A DNA stretch of 37,303 bases from Octopus bimaculoides (taxonomy: Eukaryota), in NCBI RefSeq assembly GCF_001194135.2, contig NC_068981.1, positions 194,918,753 through 194,956,055 of the forward strand. Reading direction: 5' to 3'. Both the position numbers and the translations under genes were made by a program. This document shows, piece after piece, positions 1 through 10,180 of this stretch (positions are counted from its first letter, which is position 1; each line of letters begins with the position of its first letter). Below the pieces are notes generated by a model, which was not told the origin of the DNA, ran no database searches, and worked only from the letters and a program-made list of their open reading frames with translations.

Positions 1-1020
1 TCTTATATATATATATAAAATATACATGTGTCTGTATGTGTATATGTATGCATGCATGTATATACGTATGTACGCGGTTATGTGCATGTATAGATGTATG
101 TATGCACATATGTATATACGCATACATATACATATTTATATATCTATGTACATCTATATCTAGGTAATATATATATGGATAGATGTACATGTGTATACGC
201 ATACACACATACACACACTCACATATATATATATATATACATATACATACGCACACATACACAGAAACACACATACACATATATACAAGGGAAAGTGAAA
301 GTGAAAATAGCAGCAGCAGGAAGAGGTAGAAGAGATGACAAGACGACTGTGAAGTAAGTAGGCCAATAGTTTTAGGGAGTATACACAGAAAGAACTGTTG
401 TTTAATCTTCAGCGACCACGTGCAGCGAGAACATTGGGACATTATTATGATGTTTCACCTGATAAGAACTATGGTAAGGTGGGAGGGTCGGAGATGGAGC
501 GGCGATGCTGATGGAGGAAAGAAAAAACGGTAATTACCTTTTCTGTTCTGAATATTACAACAGAGTTTTCTTGGAGAAACTTTAAACACAAATATATATG
601 TACATATATGCATATGTATATATATATGTATGTATATATATNNNNNNNNNNNNNNNNNNNNNNNNNNNNNNNNNNNNNNNNNNNNNNNNNNNNNNNNNNN
701 NNNNNNNNNNNNNNNNNNNNNNNNNNNNNNNNNNNNNNNNNNNNNNNNNNNNNNNNNNNNNNNNNNNNNNNNNNNNNNNNNNNNNNNNNNNNNNNNNNNN
801 NNNNNNNNNNNNNNNNNNNNNNNNNNNNNNNNNNNNNNNNNNNNNNNNNNNNNNNNNNNNNNNNNNNNNNNNNNNNNNNNNNNNNNNNNNNNNNNNNNNN
901 NNNNNNNNNNNNNTATATATATATATATGTATATATATATAAATGCACACACGTACACACACATACACACACACATATATATATACACATGTTTATACAT
1001 AAGCATACACGTACACATAG

Positions 1021-1138
1021 ATATACACATGTTCTCTTACGTACATATATAATCACAAACATAGGTACAATATGCTTGCACAATCATATGCACCTACCTA
1101 CATACTGGTGTATGTGTGTGTAAATAAGTGTATACCTG

Positions 1139-1181
<43 letters not shown>

Positions 1182-1471
1182 NNNNNNNNNNNNNNNNNNN
1201 NNNNNNNNNNNNNNNNNNNNNNNNNNNNNNNNNNNNNNNNNNNNNNNNNNNNNNNNNNNNNNNNNNNNNNNNNNNNNNNNNNNNNNNNNNNNNNNNNNNN
1301 NNNNNNNNNNNNNNNNNNNNNNNNNNNNNNNNNNNNNNNNNNNNNNNNNNNATATACACATGTTCTCTTACGTACATATATAATCACAAACATAGGTACA
1401 ATATGCTTGCACAATCATATGCACCTACCTACATACTGGTGTATGTGTGTGTAAATAAGTGTATACCTGAT
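1021..1471. other. ~120-bp sequence duplicated on both sides of an N-gap (probable scaffolding overlap artefact)
   Basis: 1021-1140 and 1352-1471 read identically (ATATACACATGTTCTCTTACGTAC...GTATACCTGAT); each is followed by a (CA)n tract of different length. Confidence 0.75.
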
Positions 1472-2136
1472 ACACACACACACACACACACTATATATAT
1501 TATCAACCGCGTATATTTAACGTATATGCTTTGTGTGTTTGCGGTGCTTCTATTTCATATTTGAATATATATACATATATTCAAGAATATATATATGTAT
1601 GTATGTATTGCGTCATTATGCGCGTGCGCGTTATCTGATCAAGTGAACTTTTGTGTTTACAATCGAAGACATACTGATTATTAGAGACAAAATGTCTGTA
1701 TTATATTTAGGAGGTAAGTCTTGTTGAATAGTTGCTCTGAGTTTTGCATGGCTGATTTTAAACTATTCGATATAGAGAAGTAGCTTGACAAGGTACCAAC
1801 CGACATAGTTGGATAAGATATTGGTCTATGATTTATCGTGGTCATTTCATAAGTGGTCATAAAACAGTTTAAAATGCGTCACTTATTCCTGCCTCTCTTT
1901 CGTTGGCACATGCAGAACATGGAATATATTTGTGTTTCGAGAAATAAAGTACGATTTTATAACTTTTAATATTCTCATGCTTTACTTTCCATATATAAGT
2001 ATATAAGTGTAGGCCTCTCAGTCTGGAAACCATCTTTGAAATTTAAAGCTTGTCTGAAGGCCAGAAATTCAATCTAGTTCAGAAGCACTGACACATCGAT
2101 GATCGAATCTTTTGTTGATCACTAATACGGAAATAA

Positions 2137-2365
2137 GGAGGCGGCGTGCTGCCAGAAACCCTAACCCTAACCCTAACGCAGGCGAAATGCTCAGCGGTAT
2201 TTCGTCTGTCTTTACGTTCTGAGTTCAAATACCACCGAGGTCGACTTTGCCTTTCATGCTTTCGAGGGTCGATGAAATAAGTACCAGTTACGTACTGAGG
2301 TCGATCTAATCGACTGGCCCCCTCCCCCAAACATTTCGGGCCTTGTATCTAGAGTAGAAAAGAAT
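2137..2365 (+). mobile_element. tRNA-derived SINE, local family B (Meta-domain-like core), copy 1 of a head-to-tail pair
   Basis: Head GGCGGCG.GCTG.CAGAAAC, B-box GAGTTCAAAT, and core GAGGTCGACTTTGCCTTTCAT.CTTTCG.GGGTCGAT..AATAAGTACCAG, which resembles the MetaSINE central domain; recurs many times in the window. Confidence 0.85.
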
Positions 2366-2371
2366 AATTCT

Positions 2372-2591
2372 TTAAGTCGGCGAGCTGGCAGAAACATTAG
2401 CACGCCAAGCGAAATGCTTAGCGGTATTTCGTCTGTCTTTACGATCTGAGTTCAAATTCTGCCTAGGTTGACTTTGGCTTTCATCCTTTCGGGGTCGATA
2501 AATTAAGTACCAGTTGTGTACTGGGGTCGATCTAATCGGCTGGCCCCCCTCTCCCAAACATTTCGGGCCTTGTGCCTAAAGTAGAAAATAA
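2372..2591 (+). mobile_element. tRNA-derived SINE family B, copy 2 of the pair
   Basis: Same head, core and tail as 2137-2365; a 14-bp direct repeat TAATACGGAAATAA at 2123-2136 and 2592-2605 flanks the pair. Confidence 0.85.
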
Positions 2592-2705
2592 TAATACGGA
2601 AATAACGGGACAAGAAAAGAAAGTGGTTAAAATATAAGTTACATGTATACAATTTGTGTGTGTGTGTGTGTGTATCGATGTCTATCCATCTTGCTGTTCT
2701 GTAAT

Positions 2706-2707
<2 letters not shown>

Positions 2708-2764
<57 letters not shown>
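2708..2764. repeat. (CA)n microsatellite
   Basis: Near-perfect CA dinucleotide run. Confidence 0.95.
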
Positions 2765-2766
<2 letters not shown>

Positions 2767-2905
2767 GCACACACACATATATGTATATATATAGTAGTAA
2801 CAGAAAAGGAGGAATTTCGATTATGCCCACGTGGTGAGTTGTAATAAATATAATAAATTAAAAAAGGAGAATACACACACTTTACATAGTTTTAATATAA
2901 TTTTT

Positions 2906-2946
2906 AATATATCGACCGGTTTCGCTTTCGCTATTCATGATATTAT
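2906..2946 (-). ncRNA. Degenerate minimal hammerhead-like motif (Penelope-type remnant)
   Basis: Minus strand AAUAUC-AUGA-AUA-GC GAAA GC-GAAA-CCGGU-C-GAUAUAUU: GAAAC, palindromic ACCGGU and a GUC triplet are present, but the CUGAUGA box lacks CUG. Confidence 0.35.
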
Positions 2947-3539
2947 GGTTTGCTGATTTGAATAAGTATTTTCTTAAGAAGAAATTTTTGTCCATGTTGT
3001 GTGTGATGATATTCACGAGTGAATGACTTCACAAGTAGAAAAATAAGGGGAAGTAATTGGTTATCGTTATTATTGTTGTTGTTCTGGGCAAGGGAGATAA
3101 CTGTTCAGCTTTCGGTAAGGGGAGGGGAATATATATGTACACAAAAAAAAAAAAAGGATTTCGGAACACTTGTTTAGTGAGGGGATTTATGTACAGTGAT
3201 GTAATCGTGAATTGAAATATGTAAAAAGATGAAAGTTGGTTATGCGTGCATATTACGACGTGTTCTTTATTTTTCAATGAAAAATTGTCTTTATTTAAAC
3301 GTTCTTGTGGAGAGATTGTCTTTGCACTGGTAGAAGGGGAAGACTGTAAAATTTGGTTTGATGTTTGATACACATTTTTCTATGTGTTCACTGAGAGGAA
3401 TTTGCCTGTATTGCGGAAACGGATTTTCTCTTTATGTAGAGTGGTTCTCCTTCTCAAGGTCTTACTCGTCTGTCCAATATAGTTGTGTCCGCAACCAAAG
3501 CAGGTTATTACCTAAATTAGGTTCTCTATCTATACATAC

Positions 3540-3592
<53 letters not shown>

Positions 3593-3749
3593 ACCATGTT
3601 AACCGTAACCCACGCTGTCTATACGTCTGTGTATAATGAGCGAATGTATGATTACGAAGAGGATAAAGCATAGAAATTGAAACACAATCAAAAGACTAAA
3701 ACAGTAGCAACAAAACAATCGTTATATTAAGAAAATGAAAAAAATATTG

Positions 3750-3798
<49 letters not shown>

Positions 3799-3903
3799 TA
3801 ACAGCAATAATAAACATAAAAATAATGGGGTTAATAATGATAGTAATAATAATAATAGTAGCAGTAATAGTGGTAGTAGTAGTAGTAGTAGTAGTAGTGG
3901 TAT

Positions 3904-3957
<54 letters not shown>

Positions 3958-3970
3958 CAGCAGTAGTAGT
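3750..3970. repeat. Compound (ATA)n to (GTA)n trinucleotide microsatellite
   Basis: TAA repeats grade through mixed units into GTA repeats. Confidence 0.95.
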
Positions 3971-4099
3971 AATGGTTTCAAACATTTGCACGATGCCAAC
4001 AAGTTCGGGGAAGTGGGTAGGTTTTGGATTGAATCTTGATAAGACTGAAGACAGAACAAAAATGAAGACAGAACAACTCTTGAACTGTTACCTTGTGGG

Positions 4100-4142
4100 T
4101 TCCTCGATCTTTCGGGGGTTAAAACCCCTTCATCAGGACCAA
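4100..4142 (-). ncRNA. Degenerate minimal hammerhead-like motif (Penelope-type remnant)
   Basis: Minus strand UUGGUC-CUGAUGA-A-GGGG UUUUAA CCCC-C-GAAA-GA-UC-GAGGAA: both core boxes and stem II are present; stem I has two G.G mismatches. Confidence 0.45.
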
Positions 4143-4666
4143 TATTCTTTTTATCCAGTTTAACTTCATACAATGCTTCATTCAAATTATTCTAAATATT
4201 TAAAAAATTAAAACTAAAACTAATATAATTTTTCACATCATTAAATACACTACCATCACGATTATCTCATAGTTTAATTAAGGATAAGCCTTAACCATCT
4301 GCTGACTATTACAGTAACCCCAAGGTCTAATCTGTTTTAATACGGCTAAACTATTACAGTTAACACATGGTTTAATTCGCGATAAAATATCAATCTGTAG
4401 CACATCTATTGCATATCTCTGCGCTTTTATAATTATCACACGGTTGAATATACATTAACGCTGATATCTGCGAGCTATTATGGTTATCTCGTGGATTAAT
4501 CACTGATATATATATATCCATCTTATACACTATTATAGTTATGACACGGTGTATAGACTATTGCTGATATCATTTGGTTTAATCGGTGATAAAATCTGCA
4601 TTGAACTTTTATAAATATCATCGTTTCATTAGTCTTACATCTCTTTCTTTCTATCTCCCTCAGTAT

Positions 4667-4667
<1 letters not shown>

Positions 4668-4716
<49 letters not shown>

Positions 4717-4733
4717 GTCTGCCTGCCAGTCTG

Positions 4734-4764
<31 letters not shown>
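4668..4764. repeat. (TCTA)n tetranucleotide microsatellite, interrupted
   Basis: ATCT runs with TGTC/TGCC interruptions. Confidence 0.9.
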
Positions 4765-4800
4765 GTTTGTCTGTCTGATAACTTGCACTTCCATGATTCG

Positions 4801-5153
4801 TGGCACTCCGTCGGTTACGACGACGAGGGTTCCAGTTGATGCGATCAACGGAACAGCCTGCTTGTGAAATTAACGTGTAAGTGGCTGAGCACTCCACATA
4901 GTTCTTGGGGAGATTCAGCGTGACACGGAGAGTGACAAGGCTGGCCCCTTTGAAATACAGGCACAACAGAAACAAGAAGAAAGAGTGAGAGAAAGTTGTG
5001 GTGAAAGAATACAGCAGGGTTCGCCACCACCCCCTGTCGGAGCTTTCGGTGTTTTCGCTCAATAAACACTCACAACGCTCGGTCTGGGAATCGAAACCGC
5101 GATCCTAAGACCGCGAGCTCGCTGCCCTAACCACTGGGCCATTGCACTTCCAC
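4801..5153 (-). mobile_element. tRNA-derived SINE, local family D, near full length
   Basis: Reverse complement of 22091-22466: head TGGCCCAGTGGTTAGGGCAGCG, B-box GGTTTCGATTCC, tail ...ATCAACTGGAACCCTCGTCGTCGTAACCGACGGAGTGCCA. Confidence 0.85.
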
Positions 5154-5264
5154 CGCCATGATACATCATTAATTTGATAGATCTCGTCTAATCATTCTAT
5201 TTTCTTTATTTTCTTGTACAACATATAAACATTGATTGTTTATGCTTTATTTTAAAGCTTTGAT

Positions 5265-5858
5265 AATGAGTGGTTAAAAAAATTGCATTTAAAGTTATTT
5301 TACCCTACTTGTGGAAAAGGACAGCGGCAAAAGGAATTAATGATGTGGAAGGCCCAGGATTTGTGAACGAATATAAGGCACAAAACTGGTTCTGAAAATT
5401 CAGGAAAGGTGACATCAACCTCGAAGTTTCATTGAGACCTTCTGCAGTGAAAGATGAGGCCTAGCATGAAATGGCTGAACAACAACCAAGCGCAAGGATT
5501 CATACATTGTCGGTAGAACTTGGTCCTTCCCAAAGCAATCGACACCTCCAAAAGCTCGGCCTTTTGAACAATTGCTGTCGAATGAAGAAGCTGAAAGACG
5601 GGTGAATATTTACAAACAACTGCTAGCAAATTCTCCAGTTACTGGCATCGGATTGTTTCACAGGTTTCGTTCCGACCAGGCCTCTATTGTCGGACAAGGA
5701 CAGTTTGAGCAGAAAGTCATGTTGTGTGTTTGGTGAAATTTCGTCGGGGGTGTTGGACTTTGAACTTGTACCAGATGGTCAAGATGGTCATCTGTGAACG
5801 GAAACCTTTTTTCCTCCACAACTGCAGCGACTGTACGATACTTTGAAAACCCGCTACT
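5265..5858 (+). mobile_element. Decayed mariner (Tc1/mariner) transposase fragment, N-terminal HTH region to mid catalytic domain
   Basis: Manual translation across stops and frameshifts: AAKGINDVEGPGFVNEYKAQNWF*KFRKGDINLE, RPSAVKDEA, RHLQKLG, RRVNIYKQLL, WHRIV, KVMLCVW*NFVGVLDFELVPDGQ, QLQRLYDTLK. These match mariner motifs. Confidence 0.8.
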
Positions 5859-5918
<60 letters not shown>

Positions 5919-6039
5919 TAAAAAATTTATAAAACGTGTTAAGGGGAAATAACTCAACCGAACCAATGTTACACACTTCAACAGGTGAAAGAGTGATGTA
6001 TAGAAAGCTGTATAAGATTTGTTCAAGGGTTAATGGTAT

Positions 6040-6170
6040 ATAGTTTAGTGGTTAGGGCGTTTGGATCACGATTAAACGTTCGTGGGTTCGATTTCGGGAC
6101 CCGTCAGCATGTTGAGTTCTTGAGCGAGGCACTTCATTTTACGTTGCTGCGGTTTACTCAGTTGTAAACG
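6040..6170 (+). mobile_element. tRNA-derived SINE head plus CORE-like block (family C-like), partial
   Basis: TAGTGGTTAGGG A-box, GGGTTCGATT B-box, then CTTGAGCGAGGCACTTCATTTTACGTTGCT..GGTTTACTCAG as in 15029-15321. Confidence 0.6.
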
Positions 6171-6404
6171 TGGACCAGCCTCGAAATCCTTGCGCTTTCG
6201 CTGGATCAAAGGATGGGAGAGTCAAGATGGTGTCTATGCCTGCTCGTGACCACACAGACCCAAGCAACTACTAACGAGAGTATGGTACATACTACCAGGT
6301 CATTGCTTGCTCGCGAGTGACGGTTCAGGTGGCTGAAGGAAGAGACAGAGGAAGGGCACCGTCCTCAATGAGCTTTGTCAATGAGGGTTGATGCAGTCAA
6401 CATG

Positions 6405-6494
6405 GATGGCGTTTGAACTCAGCACACAACGAATCGGAAGAAAGGCCGCTAAGCATTTTGTCCGACGCGTTAACGATTCTGCCAGATCACCACA
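6405..6494 (-). mobile_element. Family B SINE head fragment
   Basis: TTTGAACTCAG...CCGCTAAGCATTTTGTCCGACGCGTTAACGATTCTGCCAG is the reverse complement of the B head. Confidence 0.7.
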
Positions 6495-6764
6495 TTAACC
6501 CATTACCTAGCAGTGATCTCATATGAGATCACTTAAAAATTACAAATTTCGTAATTATCTGTCAATATTTACACATATCTAACCTTTTTGTTATATCTAT
6601 TAGGTATATTTCTCTGATATTCAAATGAGGTTTGCTAATTTTTCACCCAATATCTCACATATTTCTCTTTAAAATGTTATTTTGAAATGTTATTTTGATC
6701 ATTCTAGCGTGTTTCTAAGGCTGTTTTATGCCAGTTAATAGAATTATGGGAGGTAATGGTTGAA
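6495..6764. mobile_element. Putative piggyBac-type MITE (~260 bp) with an internal 22-bp perfect palindrome
   Basis: Left end TTAA|CCCATTACCT (6495-6508); right end AGGTAATGG-TTGAA (6751-6764); internal AGTGATCTCATATGAGATCACT (6512-6533). Confidence 0.5.
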
Positions 6765-6877
6765 GAAGAAGAAGAAGAAGAAGAAGAAGAAGAAGAAGAA
6801 GAAGAAGAAGAAGAAGAAGAAGAAGAAGAAGAAGAAGAACAACAACAACAACAACAACAGCAACAGCAGCAGCAACA
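6762..6877. repeat. Compound (GAA)n-(CAA)n-(CAG)n microsatellite
   Basis: Direct reading of the sequence. Confidence 0.95.
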
Positions 6878-6879
6878 AG

Positions 6880-7028
6880 TATCCTTTCTTTTATAAGCTG
6901 GAGGCCTGTAATATGAGGAGAGGTATACTCGATTAAAATCGACCCCAGTATGTAACTGTTACTTATTTCATCAACTGCAAATAATAAAAGACATAGCTGA
7001 ACTCGGCAAAATTCCCGAATCGAAGGAA
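6880..7028 (-). mobile_element. Diverged family B SINE, 3' half, truncated by gap
   Basis: ATCGACCCCAGTATGTAACTG.TACTTATTTCATC is the reverse complement of the B core and tail. Confidence 0.6.
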
Positions 7029-8346
7029 NNNNNNNNNNNNNNNNNNNNNNNNNNNNNNNNNNNNNNNNNNNNNNNNNNNNNNNNNNNNNNNNNNNNNNNN
7101 NNNNNNNNNNNNNNNNNNNNNNNNNNNNNNNNNNNNNNNNNNNNNNNNNNNNNNNNNNNNNNNNNNNNNNNNNNNNNNNNNNNNNNNNNNNNNNNNNNNN
7201 NNNNNNNNNNNNNNNNNNNNNNNNNNNNNNNNNNNNNNNNNNNNNNNNNNNNNNNNNNNNNNNNNNNNNNNNNNNNNNNNNNNNNNNNNNNNNNNNNNNN
7301 NNNNNNNNNNNNNNNNNNNNNNNNNNNNNNNNNNNNNNNNNNNNNNNNNNNNNNNNNNNNNNNNNNNNNNNNNNNNNNNNNNNNNNNNNNNNNNNNNNNN
7401 NNNNNNNNNNNNNNNNNNNNNNNNNNNNNNNNNNNNNNNNNNNNNNNNNNNNNNNNNNNNNNNNNNNNNNNNNNNNNNNNNNNNNNNNNNNNNNNNNNNN
7501 NNNNNNNNNNNNNNNNNNNNNNNNNNNNNNNNNNNNNNNNNNNNNNNNNNNNNNNNNNNNNNNNNNNNNNNNNNNNNNNNNNNNNNNNNNNNNNNNNNNN
7601 NNNNNNNNNNNNNNNNNNNNNNNNNNNNNNNNNNNNNNNNNNNNNNNNNNNNNNNNNNNNNNNNNNNNNNNNNNNNNNNNNNNNNNNNNNNNNNNNNNNN
7701 NNNNNNNNNNNNNNNNNNNNNNNNNNNNNNNNNNNNNNNNNNNNNNNNATTACCCACAAACCACCACCACCACCACCACCACCACCACCACCACCACCAC
7801 GATCATGTTACCATCATTCCTGATGTTTAGACATCTCTCACAGACATTACCTTTCTTCATCAAATTCTCAATCTTTCTCCCGCCTACATTTTTATAACAT
7901 CTCCACGCGCTCCCCTCTCTACTACTACTACTACTACTACTACTAGTTTTCTTCGTCCTCTTCTTCCCCGCCAGCCTCTTCTCACCTCCTCCGCGCCACC
8001 TTCCCCTGCTCCTGTTCCTCTAATTACTCGATGATAGACAAGTTGGAGTGTTACAAGATTATCTGTTTACCAATTTACAGAAGCAGGAATCCGTCTTTGA
8101 TGGTGTTTTTAATTCTGTCAATTAAACCCGTCCATCATTGGTCAGTTATGGTTTCATAGAGACAGGTCATCTGTCCAGACTAATGCTTGCAAGTGAGGAC
8201 GAGACGACAGAGAGAGAACATACTCTATCCTGAAACAGCTTATCTTAATCCCTCGCATATAAAACGGGGATTAGTAAATCGCAGGAGAGGGATGAGGGTC
8301 CCAGGTTTTTGGAAGAGACGCATTTCGACATGAAATAGATAAGGCT

Positions 8347-8366
8347 TGTTGCTGCTGCTGCTGCTG

Positions 8367-8432
<66 letters not shown>
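8347..8432. repeat. (TGC)n/(TTA)n microsatellite directly upstream of a SINE
   Basis: Direct reading. Confidence 0.9.
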
Positions 8433-8573
8433 GGGCGGTGAGCTAGCAGAAACGCCAGCACGATGGACGAAAGGCTTAGCGGTATTTCGCCCGTCGCTAC
8501 GTTCTGAGTTCAAATTCCGCCGAGGTCGACTTTGACTTTCATCCTTTCGGGGGTCGGTAAATTAATTACCAGT
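8432..8573 (+). mobile_element. Family B SINE, 3' end lost in gap
   Basis: GGCGGTGAGCTAGCAGAAACG head, GAGTTCAAATTCC B-box, Meta-like core. Confidence 0.85.
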
Positions 8574-9340
8574 NNNNNNNNNNNNNNNNNNNNNNNNNNN
8601 NNNNNNNNNNNNNNNNNNNNNNNNNNNNNNNNNNNNNNNNNNNNNNNNNNNNNNNNNNNNNNNNNNNNNNNNNNNNNNNNNNNNNNNNNNNNNNNNNNNN
8701 NNNNNNNNNNNNNNNNNNNNNNNNNNNNNNNNNNNNNNNNNNNNNNNNNNNNNNNNNNNNNNNNNNNNNNNNNNNNNNNNNNNNNNNNNNNNNNNNNNNN
8801 NNNNNNNNNNNNNNNNNNNNNNNNNNNNNNNNNNNNNNNNNNNNNNNNNNNNNNNNNNNNNNNNNNNNNNNNNNNNNNNNNNNNNNNNNNNNNNNNNNNN
8901 NNNNNNNNNNNNNNNNNNNNNNNNNNNNNNNNNNNNNNNNNNNNNNNNNNNNNNNNNNNNNNNNNNNNNNNNNNNNNNNNNNNNNNNNNNNNNNNNNNNN
9001 NNNNNNNNNNNNNNNNNNNNNNNNNNNNNNNNNNNNNNNNNNNNNNNNNNNNNNNNNNNNNNNNNNNNNNNNNNNNNNNNNNNNNNNNNNNNNNNNNNNN
9101 NNNNNNNNNNNNNNNNNNNNNNNNNNNNNNNNNNNNNNNNNNNNNNNNNNNNNNNNNNNNNNNNNNNNNNNNNNNNNNNNNNNNNNNNNNNNNNNNNNNN
9201 NNNNNNNNNNNNNNNNNNNNNNNNNNNNNNNNNNNNNNNNNNNNNNNNNNNNNNNNNNNNNNNNNNNNNNNNNNNNNNNNNNNNNNNNNNNNNNNNNNNN
9301 NNNNNNNNNNNNNNNNNNNNNNNNNNNNNNNNNNNNNNNN

Positions 9341-9949
9341 NCCACAGCCATCTTTTTTCTCTGTTTCTCTTATCTTCAACATCCCTATAAAATTGTCCAT
9401 GCATTCTTTTCTTTACCCACCTATTTTCAGTTTCATTCGTTTTCAATTTCTTGTACAGTGCTTTATCTTTGCAATCTTTCATCCTACATAAGCCTGACCT
9501 TCTTACTTCTAACAATAGCGGTTCTGAGGCATTTTTACAGACCATTCTATGTTATTTTCTTCTATTCTAAGGCTGTGTTCGCATCCAATCACTCCACTTT
9601 CCCCTCTTTTTCTTGGTACATACAGTCTGTCTGTGTCACGTTTTGGGTTGAGTATCCTATATGTAGTCAGTAACCTCCTTGTCTTTCTGACTAAGTTGTT
9701 TAGTTCGTCTGCTGTTCACGCGATTATCCCTGCTTCATATCTAAGGAGTGAAACCGCCCAGGTGTTGATAGCTTCGATCTTATTCCGTCCGTTCAGTTTC
9801 GACTTAAGGATCAGTCTCAGTCTGCATAAGTATTCCACCTTAAATTTTTCTGTCATTTCTTTCTCCATCAATTTATCCATTTCCAAAATCCCCAACTACT
9901 TATAGTCGGTCTCTTCAATCTGCTTCATAACCTCCCCCGACGGTATCAT
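9341..9949 (-). mobile_element. Non-LTR retrotransposon fragment (RT C-terminus/thumb), R4/Dong-like, decayed
   Basis: Minus-strand translation YK*LGILE...LILKSKLNGRNKIEAINTWAVSLLRYEAGIIA*...LNPKRDTDRLYVPRKRGESG...RWVKKRMHGQFYR. The motifs are typical of RLE-type R4/Dong elements; two in-frame stops and a frameshift are present. Confidence 0.8.
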
Positions 9950-9976
9950 GAGCCATTATTATTATTATTATTATTT

Positions 9977-10180
9977 CGACATGGTACAATCGTTAGCAGG
10001 TCGGACAAAATGCCCAGCAGCATATCGTCCGTCTTTACGTCGTGAGTTCAAATTCTGCCGAGGTCGACTTTGCTTTTAATCCTTTTAAGGTCGATAAAAC
10101 AAGTGCCAGTTGAGTACTGGGATCGATGTAATCAATTTGTCCCCTCCCTCGAAATTGCGAGCCTTCTGTCAAAATTTAAA
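9977..10180 (+). mobile_element. Family B SINE, diverged
   Basis: GAGTTCAAATTCTGCCGAGGTCGACTTTGC...GGTCGATAAAACAAGTGCCAG core. Confidence 0.8.

Noticed and set aside
94-1414. Many ORFs rich in Y/I/C/V/H/T or X (also throughout 12069-13355, 19186-21245, 24115-24735, 35632-36590)
   Set aside because: Translations of TA/CA/TG dinucleotide tracts and N-gaps; no protein signal.
3722-4185. ORFs of 89-152 aa with poly-T/I/L/V
   Set aside because: Produced by the (ATA)/(GTA) microsatellite.
8030-8200. Possible exon(s): QVGVLQDYLFTNLQKQESVFDGVFNSVN* and donor CAA|GTGAGG
   Set aside because: No single acceptor-donor pair gives a convincing open exon; peptide not recognised.
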